Assembly: GCA_963748215.1 (NCBI GenBank)
Contig: CAVVHS010000007.1
Span: forward strand, 416,001 to 480,000
DNA: 64,000 nt
From: an uncultured Gammaproteobacteria bacterium
Lineage (GTDB): Bacteria; Pseudomonadota; Gammaproteobacteria; UBA9214
Direction of reading: 5' to 3'
Shown one piece after another: positions 28,166 through 38,500 of the stretch. The translations under genes and the position numbers were made by a program. Every line of letters starts with the position of its first letter. Positions within the stretch are counted from its first letter, which is position 1. Under the pieces are notes generated by a model, which ran no database searches, was not told the origin of the DNA, and saw nothing but the letters and a program-made list of their open reading frames with translations.

Positions 28166-31100
28166 ATCTGCCGCTGTGTCTCAGGTCCAGGGTATAAGGA
28201 TACTCCGGATTGATCTCCTCCACAGGGGGTGCCATGGGTCCCGGGGCATGGCCTTCGGGGAAAAACTTCGCCAGGGGTGCAAGCTCCGGCGGCGGGCGCA
28301 GCGGGCCCGTGCTGTGGCCATGGCCCCAGAAACGGCTGATGCGGCGCGATTCGGCCTCGTAGGCATTGACCGGGAAAACGTCGTAGTGCCGCCCGCCGGG
28401 ATGTGCCACGTGGTAGGTGCAGCCACCGATGGAACGGCCGTTCCAGGTGTCGATGATATCGAAGACCAGCGGCGAATGAACGCCGATGGTGGGGTGCAGC
28501 GCCGAGGGTGGCTGCCAGGCGCGGAAGCGTACGCCCGCCACGTACTCGCCATGGGTGCCGGTGCTTCGCAGCGGGATCCGGCGGCCGTTGCAGGCAACCA
28601 CGTAGCGGCTTTCCGTCAGCCCGCTGACCTTGACCTGCAGCCGCTCCACCGAGGAGTCGACGAAGCGTGCCGTGCCCAGGTTGCTCATTTCCTCGCCCAG
28701 CACGTGCCAGGGCTCGAGCGCGGCATGGAGGTCGAGGCGGATGTCCTGCACGCTGAGCGATCCGCAATGCGGGAAACGGAATTCCAGGAACGGCGCCAGC
28801 CATTCCAGCTGGAACGGGTAGCCGGCGCGCTGCAATTCGCACGCCACGTCCTTGATGTCGGCCCATACGTAATGGGGCAGCATGAAGCGGTCATGCAGCT
28901 GCGGTGCCCCAGCGCACCAGCCGGTGCCGGTAGGGCTGGTCCCAGAAGCGTGCGACCAGGGTGCGCAACAGCAGCATCTGCACCAGGCTCATCTGTGCAT
29001 GCGGCGGCATTTCGAAGGCACGGAATTCCACCAGCCCCAGGCGTCCGGTCGACGAATTGGGCGAGTACAGCTTGTCGATACAGAACTCGGCGCGATGGGT
29101 GTTGCCGGTGATATCCACCAGCAGGTTGCGCAGCAGCCGGTCCACCAGCCAGGGTTCGGCCACTTCACCGTCGGGCATTTGCTGGAAGGCGATTTCCAGC
29201 TCGTACAGGTTCTCGTCCCGGGCCTCGTCCACCCGCGGTGCCTGGCTGGTCGGGCCGATGAACATGCCGGAGAACAGGTGGACAGGCCGGGGTGATGCTG
29301 CCAGTAGGTCAGCAGGCTGCGCAGCAGGTCGGGACGCCGCAGGAACGGACTGTCGGCCGGGGTGGCGCCGCCGAGGGTGACATGGTTGCCGCCGCCGGTG
29401 CCGGTATGGCGGCCGTCCAGCATGAACTTCTCCGTCCCCAGCCGGGACAGGCGCGCCTCGGCGTAGAGGGTCTCGGTATTCTCCACCAGTTCCTGCCAGT
29501 CGTGCGCCGGGTGAATGTTGACCTCGATCACGCCCGGATCGGGGGTCACGGCCAGCTTGCGGATACGCCAGTCCCGCGGTGGCTCGTAGCCTTCGATGCG
29601 TATCGGCATCTCCAGTTCGGCCGCCGTCAGTTCCACCGCGGCGAGCAGGTCCAGGTAATGTTCGAGGTGGGTAAGCGGCGGCAGGAACAGGCGCAGCATG
29701 CCTTCGCGGGCCTCGACACACAGGGCGGTATGAATCACCTCGATCCGCCGCCGCGCCTGCGCGCCGTTGTCCGCCGGTTCCTGCTGCATGATTTCCGGGT
29801 GGGATTCCGGTGCCGCCTCGATGCGGCTGAAGCGGCGGGTTACCTCGCCGTAGTAATCACCCAGTGCCGGTCGCGGTTCGAACAGGTCGCGATCCGGTTC
29901 GATGTCGCGTTCCTCCTCGGCTATCCAGGGCAGGGCGTCGAGTGGCAGGCGCAGTCCCATGGGGGAATCGCCGGGCGCGAGGCACATATGCCCGCGGCGA
30001 AAGTGCCAGCTGCAGCTTTGCCAGCCGCTGCGGGAATCATCCCAGCGCAGCGGCAGGGCGAAGCCGGCGGGTTTGCCGAGGTCGCCGGCGAGCAGTTCCA
30101 CCAGCCGGCGCCGTTCGTCCGGCTTCTTCAGGTCGGTGCCGAGCAGGTCCACGTTGACCGGCTGGTCGCCTTCCTTCCACAGGTAGTAGAGGGTGTCTTC
30201 GTAGGCGGGGAGCAGGTAATGCCCGGGTACGCCGAGCTTGCGGGTCAGTGCCGCAGCGAACTGCTCCGCCTCGTCCGGCCCGCAGCCGTAATCGACGCCG
30301 TCCCGCGCCAGCAGTTTCGGGTCGCGCCACACCGGCTTGCCATCGACACGCCAGAAACAGTTCAGCGACCAGCGCGGCACGGGTTCGCCCGGGTACCACT
30401 TGCCCTGTCCGTAGTGCAGCAGGCCGCCGGGTGCGAAGCGCCCTTGCAGTCGCTGCAACAGATCACCGGCCAGCTCGCGCTTCTGTTTCCCGAGCGCGGC
30501 ATCATTCCACTGCGCAGATTCCATGTCATCGATGGAGACGAAAGTCGGTTCGCCACCGAGGGTGAGCCGCACATCACCCGCCGCCAGGTCGGCATCCACC
30601 TTGCGTCCCAGGGCCTGGATGGTCTCCCACTGTGACGCGGTGTACGGCTTGGTGACCCGCGGATCCTCGTGGATGCGCTGCACCTCGTTATGGAAGCGGA
30701 ATTCCACCTTGCATTTGCCGGTCGTGCCGGTTATGGGCGCGGCACTGACGGGGTGGGGCGTGCAGGCGAGCGGGATATGGCCTTCGCCCGCGAACAGGCC
30801 CGAGGTCGGATCCAGTCCCAGCCAGCCGGCGCCCGGTATAAACACCTCGGCCCAGGCATGCAGGTCGGTGAAGTCATGGTCGGTGCCGGCAGGACCCTCC
30901 AGCGGTTTTTCATCCGGTGTCAGCTGCAGCAGGTAGCCGGAAACAAAGCGCGCCGCAAGGCCGAGATGGCGCAGGATCTGCACCATCAACCAGGCGCTGT
31001 CGCGACAGGAACCCAGTGCCTTGTCGAGGGTTGTCTCACAGCTCTGGATGCCCGGTTCCATGCGGATGGTGTAGTCGATGTCACGCTGCAGCCGCTGGTT

Positions 31101-31544
31101 GATAGCCACCAGGAAATTATTGATCTCCTGCTTCGAACGATCGGCACCGGACAGCCACTTCAGCAACCGCGGGCCGTCCTCGGTGATCTCCAGATAAGGC
31201 GCCAGTTCCTTGCGCAAGCCGGGCGTGTATTCGAAGGGGTAGTGCTCCGCATATTTTTCGACGAAAAAATCGAACGGGTTGATGACCACGATATCGGCCA
31301 CCAGGTCCACCTCGAAGGACAATGTCCGCACCGGTTCCGGGAACACCAGGCGGGCGAGGTAGTTGCCGAAGGGATCCTGCTGCCAGTTGATGAAATGTTT
31401 TTCGGGCAGCACCTTGAGCGAATAGGACTCGATCGGGCTGCGTGTATGCGGGGCCGGGCGCAGCCGTACGATATGCGGGGAGACCTCGACCGGCCGGTCA
31501 AAGCGGTACTCCGTCAAGTGATTGATAGCAACTCGAATAGCCAT
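28158..31544 (-). CDS. transglutaminase + DUF2126 fusion (two compensating frameshifts, near 29282 and 28905)
   Basis: [23 protein letters not shown]; [55 protein letters not shown]. Confidence 0.93.
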
Positions 31545-31608
31545 TTCAAGGAAACCTGGTCAGTAGTAAACAGGGGTCACCATAGCACGGATCGCGTCAA
31601 CGGCAGCT

Positions 31609-32457
31609 TCAGCTGTCCGTCCGGATGCTGAGATCAAAGTGCATTTCGGAATTCTCAACAGCGCCGTAACAGGACCCCTCTATCGGCAGGGTCCCGGCCG
31701 GGCTGCAGGCCGCGGCCAGCGCCACGTGCGCATCCGCCACGGCGGTACCGTGGCCGGGGTCGTAACCGCGCCAGCCACCACCGGGGATGTAGACCTCCGG
31801 CCAGGCGTGCAGGTAACGGCGTTTCCCGCGGGTTTCCGAACGGGCCTGGTAGCCGCTGACGAAACGCGCCGCGATGCCCTGTTCCCGGCAGAGTGCGATA
31901 AACAGCAGCGTCAGGTCGCGGCATGCGCCCCGGCGCTGTGCCAGTGTTAGTTCGGGGCTTTGCGGTGCACCCTGGTCCCGAATCGTCTTTTCGCATGTGG
32001 TGTGCAGGAAGCGGCTCAGGGTGTCGAGAAAAGCCAGCGTGTTGTTGCCCGCCTGTCTGGCCAGGTCGGCGGCCAGCTCGATGACCGCGGGTGCGGCTGT
32101 GCCGCAGGCACGACAGGCTGCCAGCGCCGGGACCTCGTGCTGGCTGTACCGAACGGGCAGAGCGGTTGCCGGAGTATTCACGATGTAGTCGAAGGGATTG
32201 TCCCGCAGCGTGACGACGCGAGCGGTGCTGTCAATACGCAGTTCGTTCGTCGTGCCGGTAAACCACAGGCGCGTGACCAGGTTGCCTTCGGCATCGATGA
32301 CGTTCGATTGCAGCACAGGTTTCGGGGTGATCGTACAGTCATGGTCGAGCACCCGCTGGCTGCCGTCGGTACGCGGCAGCAGGCGTACGATATGCGGGCC
32401 GAGCTGGACCGGACTGTGGTAACGGTACGTGGTGATATGCCGGATTTCAAATTGCAC
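31609..32457 (-). CDS. transglutaminase family protein
   Basis: GACRDL, LHAWPEVY, GYDP. Confidence 0.93.
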   Translation of the reverse strand: MQFEIRHITTYRYHSPVQLGPHIVRLLPRTDGSQRVLDHDCTITPKPVLQSNVIDAEGNLVTRLWFTGTTNELRIDSTARVVTLRDNPFDYIVNTPATALPVRYSQHEVPALAACRACGTAAPAVIELAADLARQAGNNTLAFLDTLSRFLHTTCEKTIRDQGAPQSPELTLAQRRGACRDLTLLFIALCREQGIAARFVSGYQARSETRGKRRYLHAWPEVYIPGGGWRGYDPGHGTAVADAHVALAAACSPAGTLPIEGSCYGAVENSEMHFDLSIRTDS

Positions 32458-32495
32458 GAGCGAAGGTCTTCATCTGCAGTCCCTGGTATCGGTAA

Positions 32496-32511
32496 GGCAA
32501 GAAGTACGCCA
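32496..32511 (-). promoter_or_regulatory. sigma54 -24/-12 promoter for the leftward transglutaminase operon
   Basis: TGGCGTACTTCTTGCC on the minus strand. Confidence 0.6.
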
Positions 32512-32679
32512 TTTCTGCTGTTCCTGTCCTTCCCGCGCCGCCGGACGGGATATCGGGAGATTGCAGGCCGGCTGTGGCTGTGTTTCATGCCCTGCTGCCG
32601 GTTGGTGCCGCTGACCGGGAACCTGCCAGGCAGGTTCAGGTGCAAGTCTGGTGCGTAAAACGGGGTTTTTTATGACCCG

Positions 32680-32696
32680 TGCGTTATGTTGGTGCA
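32680..32696. promoter_or_regulatory. NtrC-like enhancer box
   Basis: TGCGTTATGTTGGTGCA vs consensus TGCACCA-N3-TGGTGCA; lies between two divergent sigma54 motifs. Confidence 0.5.
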
Positions 32697-32893
32697 TGTC
32701 AGGCGCCGCAGGCATCCCTGCTGCAGGCGGCGGCCACCGTACGCCGCTTGACCCGAGGTCAGTGCCGGCAGCGGTGCGCGTCCGCCAAGATGCTGTATTT
32801 CAATGATGGCCGGTTCCGCCTGGCATGATTCCGTGCGCCATGGCGAAACGAATGGTGCGACAGCGGCTGCACCGGCCGGCCGGCTCGCCCGGG

Positions 32894-32909
32894 TGGCACG
32901 TTGTTTGCT
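32894..32909 (+). promoter_or_regulatory. sigma54 -24/-12 promoter
   Basis: TGGCACGTTGTTTGCT, a full consensus match. Confidence 0.85.
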
Positions 32910-33030
32910 TTTATGTGAGGTATACGGTGGCAGCGATACCGACGACCTGATCATCCGGTAGCCATGACCAGCGGTTCGCTATACACCATTCCGTGACACG
33001 GCAGGCGCGATCAGGCGGGACATCGGTGAT

Positions 33031-34482
33031 ATGACAATTCGGTGGCAAGACTATTCAAGCGGCGACTCCTACGACGAACTGATTACGCCGGCCGGGCATG
33101 CGCGCAAGGCGGCCCGGCAAGCGATACGGTATATCAGTGCGCTGAGCGATGCGGAATGGACCGAGCGCCGGGATGCCGCGGAACTGGCCATGCGCGTCAT
33201 GGGTATTACCTTCACCGTCTATACCAACGAAAGCGGTATCGACCGGGTCTGGCCGTTCGATATCATTCCACGCATCATTCCCGCCCGCGAGTGGCGTACC
33301 ACCGAGGCCGGCCTGATCCAGCGTGCGACCGCATTGAACAAATTCATCGCCGATATTTACGGCGAACAGCGCATCATCAGGGACAGGATCTTTCCGGGTG
33401 AACTGCTCGCGGAGTCGGTCAATTTTCGCAAGCAGTGCGTCGGTATCAGGCCGCCACTCGATGTCTGGGCACATATCTGTGGCAGTGACCTGGTACGCGA
33501 CAGCGACGGAAAATTCTACGTCCTGGAAGACAACCTGCGTGTCCCGTCGGGTGTTTCCTATATGCTGGAGAATCGCCTGGTCATGAAGCGTGTCTTTCCC
33601 GAGTTGTTCGAGGAGGTCAGCATCCTGCCGGTAGACGGCTATCCTACCCGCCTGTTCGATACCCTGGCCTCGCTGTCGCCGCGCCCGGCCGACTACCCGA
33701 CGGTCGTTGTCCTGTCACCGGGCATCTATAACTCCGCCTATTTCGAGCATTCCTACCTGGCACAGCAAATGGGTGTGGAACTGGTGGTCGGCAGGGACCT
33801 GGTGGTGATGGATGACGACTGTGTCTACCTGCGCACCGTCGGCGGGCTGGAGCGGGTCGATGTCATTTACCGCCGGGTCGACGACATGTTCCTCGATCCC
33901 GAAGTCTTCCGTCCGGACTCCATGCTCGGCGTGCCCGGCCTGATGCGGGCCTGGCGTGCGGGCAATGTGGGCATTGCCAATGCCCCCGGTGCCGGCGTTG
34001 CCGATGACAAGGTTGTCTATGCCTTTGTGCCGGACATGATCCGCTACTACCTGGACGAAGAGCCGATCCTGCCCAATGTCGAGACCTACCTGTGCATGGA
34101 CGACAGGCAGCGCGACTACGTGCTTGCCAACCTCGACAAGCTGGTGGTCAAGCCCGCCAACGAATCGGGCGGCTACGGCATGCTGGTCGGACCGTTTTCC
34201 AGCAAGGCGGAACGGCAGAAGTTCGCGGAACTCATCAAGGCGAAACCCCGTAATTATATCGCCCAGCCGACACTGGCGCTGTCAACAACACCGACGCTGT
34301 GTGACGGTCACATCGAGTCGCGTCATATCGACCTGCGGCCGTTTATCCTGTCCGGGCAGACCAGCCATGTCACGCGAGGCGGCCTGACGCGGGTTGCACT
34401 CAAGAAGGGCTCGCTGGTGGTGAATTCATCACAGGGTGGTGGCAGCAAGGATACCTGGGTTGTGGACATGGAGAGAACCTGA
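33031..34482 (+). CDS. circularly permuted type 2 ATP-grasp protein, copy 2
   Basis: Same motifs as copy 1 (LEDNLRVPSGVSYMLENR, SSQGGGSKDTWV). Confidence 0.95.
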   Translation: MTIRWQDYSSGDSYDELITPAGHARKAARQAIRYISALSDAEWTERRDAAELAMRVMGITFTVYTNESGIDRVWPFDIIPRIIPAREWRTTEAGLIQRATALNKFIADIYGEQRIIRDRIFPGELLAESVNFRKQCVGIRPPLDVWAHICGSDLVRDSDGKFYVLEDNLRVPSGVSYMLENRLVMKRVFPELFEEVSILPVDGYPTRLFDTLASLSPRPADYPTVVVLSPGIYNSAYFEHSYLAQQMGVELVVGRDLVVMDDDCVYLRTVGGLERVDVIYRRVDDMFLDPEVFRPDSMLGVPGLMRAWRAGNVGIANAPGAGVADDKVVYAFVPDMIRYYLDEEPILPNVETYLCMDDRQRDYVLANLDKLVVKPANESGGYGMLVGPFSSKAERQKFAELIKAKPRNYIAQPTLALSTTPTLCDGHIESRHIDLRPFILSGQTSHVTRGGLTRVALKKGSLVVNSSQGGGSKDTWVVDMERT

Positions 34483-34484
34483 TC

Positions 34485-35465
34485 ATGTTGCTTTCAAGTG
34501 TTGCCGAGCATATCTACTGGATGTCCCGTTATATCGAACGGGCCGAGAACACCGCGCGCATCATCCTCGTGCACAACAACCTGATGCTCGATATGCCGCA
34601 CAGGATTGCCATCGGCTGGGACCCGCTGGTCTATATCATGGGCTCCATGGAACCGTTCCGTGAGCGCTACGAGGAAGCCAGTGAGCGCAACGTGGTGCGT
34701 TTCCTGGTCTCCGACAGGAACAATTCCAGCTGCATCACCCGCTCGCTGGGCCAGGCGCGCGAGAACCTGCGGACCATTCGGGCCATTGTGCCGCGTGCGG
34801 CCTGGGAGACCCTGAACGACCTGAATGAATACACCCGGGAAAATGCCGCCAGCGGCATCAACCGCCGCGGCCGTTACGCCTATATGAAACGGGTCGTTGA
34901 TTCCTGCCAGCTGCTGGCCGGCAAGCTGTCCGGCACCATGAGCCATGACATGGCCTACGAGTTCCTGCGCGTCGGCCGTTTCATGGAACGCGCCGACATG
35001 ACCAGTCGCGTTATCGATGTGCGGGCCACCAACCTGCTGCCGCAACAGACCGATGAACTCAAACCCTTTGACGATATCCAGTGGAAAAGCGTGCTGGACC
35101 TGCTGATGGCTTACCAGATGTACCGGCGTCGGGTGCATGTGGGCGTGCGGGGCAGGGAGGCATTGCGTTTCCTGCTGCAGGAGGAGGAGTTTCCGCGTTC
35201 GATACATTTCTGCCTGGCCGAGGTCGGCCACTGTCTGCGCCGTCTGCCCGGCAACGAGTCGGTGCTCCGCGTGCTCGGCCGCGCGCAGCGCATGGCGCAG
35301 GATTTCAGGGTCGGTGACAACGTTACCGCCGGTTTGAATGATTTCATCAACGAACTACAATTGGTACATACCGAGTTGCATGAACAGCTCGTCGCAAGCT
35401 ACTTCGATGTGCCGCAGGAAGCCGCATCACTGCATGCGTCCACCAATCTCGCTGCAACCGGTTGA
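34485..35465 (+). CDS. alpha-E domain protein, copy 2
   Basis: YWMSRYIERAENTAR, GRFMERADM, FPRSI. Confidence 0.94.
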   Translation: MLLSSVAEHIYWMSRYIERAENTARIILVHNNLMLDMPHRIAIGWDPLVYIMGSMEPFRERYEEASERNVVRFLVSDRNNSSCITRSLGQARENLRTIRAIVPRAAWETLNDLNEYTRENAASGINRRGRYAYMKRVVDSCQLLAGKLSGTMSHDMAYEFLRVGRFMERADMTSRVIDVRATNLLPQQTDELKPFDDIQWKSVLDLLMAYQMYRRRVHVGVRGREALRFLLQEEEFPRSIHFCLAEVGHCLRRLPGNESVLRVLGRAQRMAQDFRVGDNVTAGLNDFINELQLVHTELHEQLVASYFDVPQEAASLHASTNLAATG

Positions 35466-35538
35466 TTGTCTCCAGATCTCTTTCAAGGCGCCGGCACCGG
35501 TGACCTTTCTGCAAGGGCTGCGGTACACATGAACTGAC

Positions 35539-38500
35539 ATGGCCATGATCACGCATGACGGCAGCGGTCTGTATCAACCGGGATTCGAGCATGACGGTTG
35601 CGGCTTCGGCCTGATTGCGCAAATGGACGGCAAGCCGGGGCATGCGCTGGTGCACCGGGCGATCCGCGCGCTGTCACGCCTGACCCACCGCGGGGCGGTT
35701 GCGGCGGATGGCAAGAGCGGTGACGGCTGCGGACTGCTGATGAAGCTGCCGCATGATTTTCTGCATGCCTTGGCACTCGCCGATGGTATCAACCTGTCAT
35801 CCCGTTATGCCGTGGGGATGCTGTTTCTCAACCGGGACCCGGAACGTGCCGGGGCGGCGCGCTGGAGACTGGAGTTCGAACTCGAGGCGCAGGACCTGGT
35901 AGTGGCCGGCTGGCGTACCGTGCCCGTCGAGCCGGATGCCTGCGGAGCGCGTGCACTGGAGAGCCTGCCTCTGATCGAACAGGTGTTCGTCAATGCACCG
36001 CCCGGGCTGCCCGGGGACGAGCTGGAACGACGCCTGTACATCGCCCGGCGTCGCGCCAGGAAGGCCATCAAGGACGAGGACAGGACGTTTTACGTCGCCA
36101 GTCTCTCCAGCCAGGTGATCTGCTACAAGGGCCTGGTCATGCCGCATAACCTGCCGGTGTTCTACCCCGACCTGTGTGATGAACGCCTGGAGTCCTCGCT
36201 GTGCGTGTTTCACCAGCGGTTTTCCACCAACACCTGGCCGGAATGGCGGCTGGCACAACCGTTCCGCTACCTCGCGCACAATGGTGAAATCAATACCATC
36301 CAGGGCAATCGCAACTGGGCCCGCGCACGCAGCCACAAGTTCGAATCGCCGCTGATCCCCGACATGGACGCGATTCGTCCCTGGGTGTCGATGTCGGGCT
36401 CCGATTCCTGCAGCCTGGACAATATGCTGGAGGCGCTGCTGGCCGGCGGCATGGATATCTTTCTGGCCATGCGCCTGCTGATCCCGCGCGCCTGGCAGAA
36501 CATCGAGACCATGGATCCCGACCTGCGGGCATTTTACGAATACCACTCCATGCACATGGAACCGTGGGACGGACCGGCGGGGATCGTGCTGACCGATGGC
36601 CGCTATGCCGCCTGCGTGATGGATCGCAACGGCCTGCGCCCGGCGCGCTACGTGATCACCCGTGACCGCTGTATCACCCTGGCATCGGAGATCGGGGTGA
36701 CCGAACACGAACCGCAGGACGTCGTTGCCAGGGGGCGCCTGTCGCCCGGCGACATGATGGCGGTGGACACCCGGACCGGCCGCTTACTGACGCCGGACAT
36801 GATCGAGGATGACCTGAAAGGCCGCTGGCCCTGCCGCAAGTGGCTGCAGCAGCATGCCGTGCGCCTCGAGTCACGCCGCGAAGAGGAAGCGCGCTACTGC
36901 CGGCAGTCGGCACCCGGACAACTCAGGATCCGGCAGAAGCAGTACCAGGTAACGCTGGAGGAACTCGACCAGGTGCTGCGTGTGCTGGCCGAGGGCGGGC
37001 AGGAGGCGATCGGCTCCATGGGAGACGATACCCCCATGCCGGTGCTGTCACGGCAGGTCCGCTCGCTGTTCGACTATTTCCGGCAGCAGTTCGCACAGGT
37101 CACCAATCCGCCCATCGATCCCCTGCGCGAGCAGATCGTCATGTCACTGGAAACCTGTTTCGGTGTTGAACGCAACCTGTTTGTCGAGGACCCGCAGCAT
37201 GCCGCACGCCTGATGGTCAACAGCCCGGTCCTGTCGGGAAGCAAGTTCAACCAGCTGCTGGAACAGTCGGATCCGCGCTACCGGCATGCCCGCATCGACC
37301 TGAACTACGACCGCACGCTGGACCTGCGCAGCGCCATCGATGCACTGGCCGAACGGGCCGTCGAACAGGTGCGAAGCGGCAAGTGCATCCTGGTCCTGTC
37401 GGACCGGGACATCGCGCAGGACCGCCTGCCCGTGCACGCGCTGCTGGCCACCGGGGCGATACATCACCGGCTGATCGAAGCCGGCCTGCGCTGCGATGCC
37501 AACCTGGTGGTCGATACCGGCACCGCGCGCAATCCGCACGAATTCGCCGTGCTGATCGGCTTCGGCGCAACGGCCATCCATCCCTGGCTGGCCTACCAGT
37601 GTATCGCCGACCTGTTTCGCGGCGGCCAGGCGGACGCCGCTGGCGACACCGTGACCGGGGCACTCCATTCCTACCGGCGCGGTATCAACAAGGGCCTGTA
37701 CAAGATCCTTTCCAAGATGGGGATCTCCACCATCACGAGCTACCGGGGCGCGCAACTCTTCGAGTCCATCGGCCTGCATCGCGATGTCGTCGATCAGTGT
37801 TTCAGCGGTACGCCGTGCCGCCTGCAGGGCGCCGGTTTCGAGGAACTCGAGGCGGACCAGCGGCGCCTGGCGGACGCGGCCTGGGACGGACGCCGGGACA
37901 TCGAGCCGGGCGGGCGGCTGAAATTCATCGCCGGCGGGGAGTTCCATGCCTTCAACCCGGATGTCGTCACGACCCTGCACCAGGCCGTGGCCAGCGGCGA
38001 GTACCGGGACTACCGGCGCTACGCGGCGCTGATCAACCAGCGGCCGCCGCTCGTGCTGCGGGACCTGCTGGGGGTGCGTGACGATCTCGAGCCGGTGCCG
38101 ATCGAGGCGGTCGAACCGGTCGAGGACATTGTCAGGCGTTTCGAGACCGGCGCGATGTCACTGGGCGCCCTGTCGCCGGAGGCGCATGAGACCCTGGCGA
38201 TCGCCATGAATCGACTCGGCGGCCGCTCCAACTCGGGTGAGGGTGGCGAGGACGCGCAACGCTTCGGCACCGAGCGTGTTTCCAGGATCAAGCAGGTGGC
38301 ATCCGGCCGCTTCGGCGTGACGCCGCATTACCTGGTCAATGCGGACGTGCTGCAGATCAAGATTGCGCAGGGTGCCAAGCCCGGTGAAGGCGGTCAACTG
38401 GCCGGCCAGAAGGTGAACGAACTGATTGCCCGCCTGCGGCATGCCGAGGTCGGTACGCCGCTGATATCCCCGCCGCCGCATCACGATATCTATTCCATCG

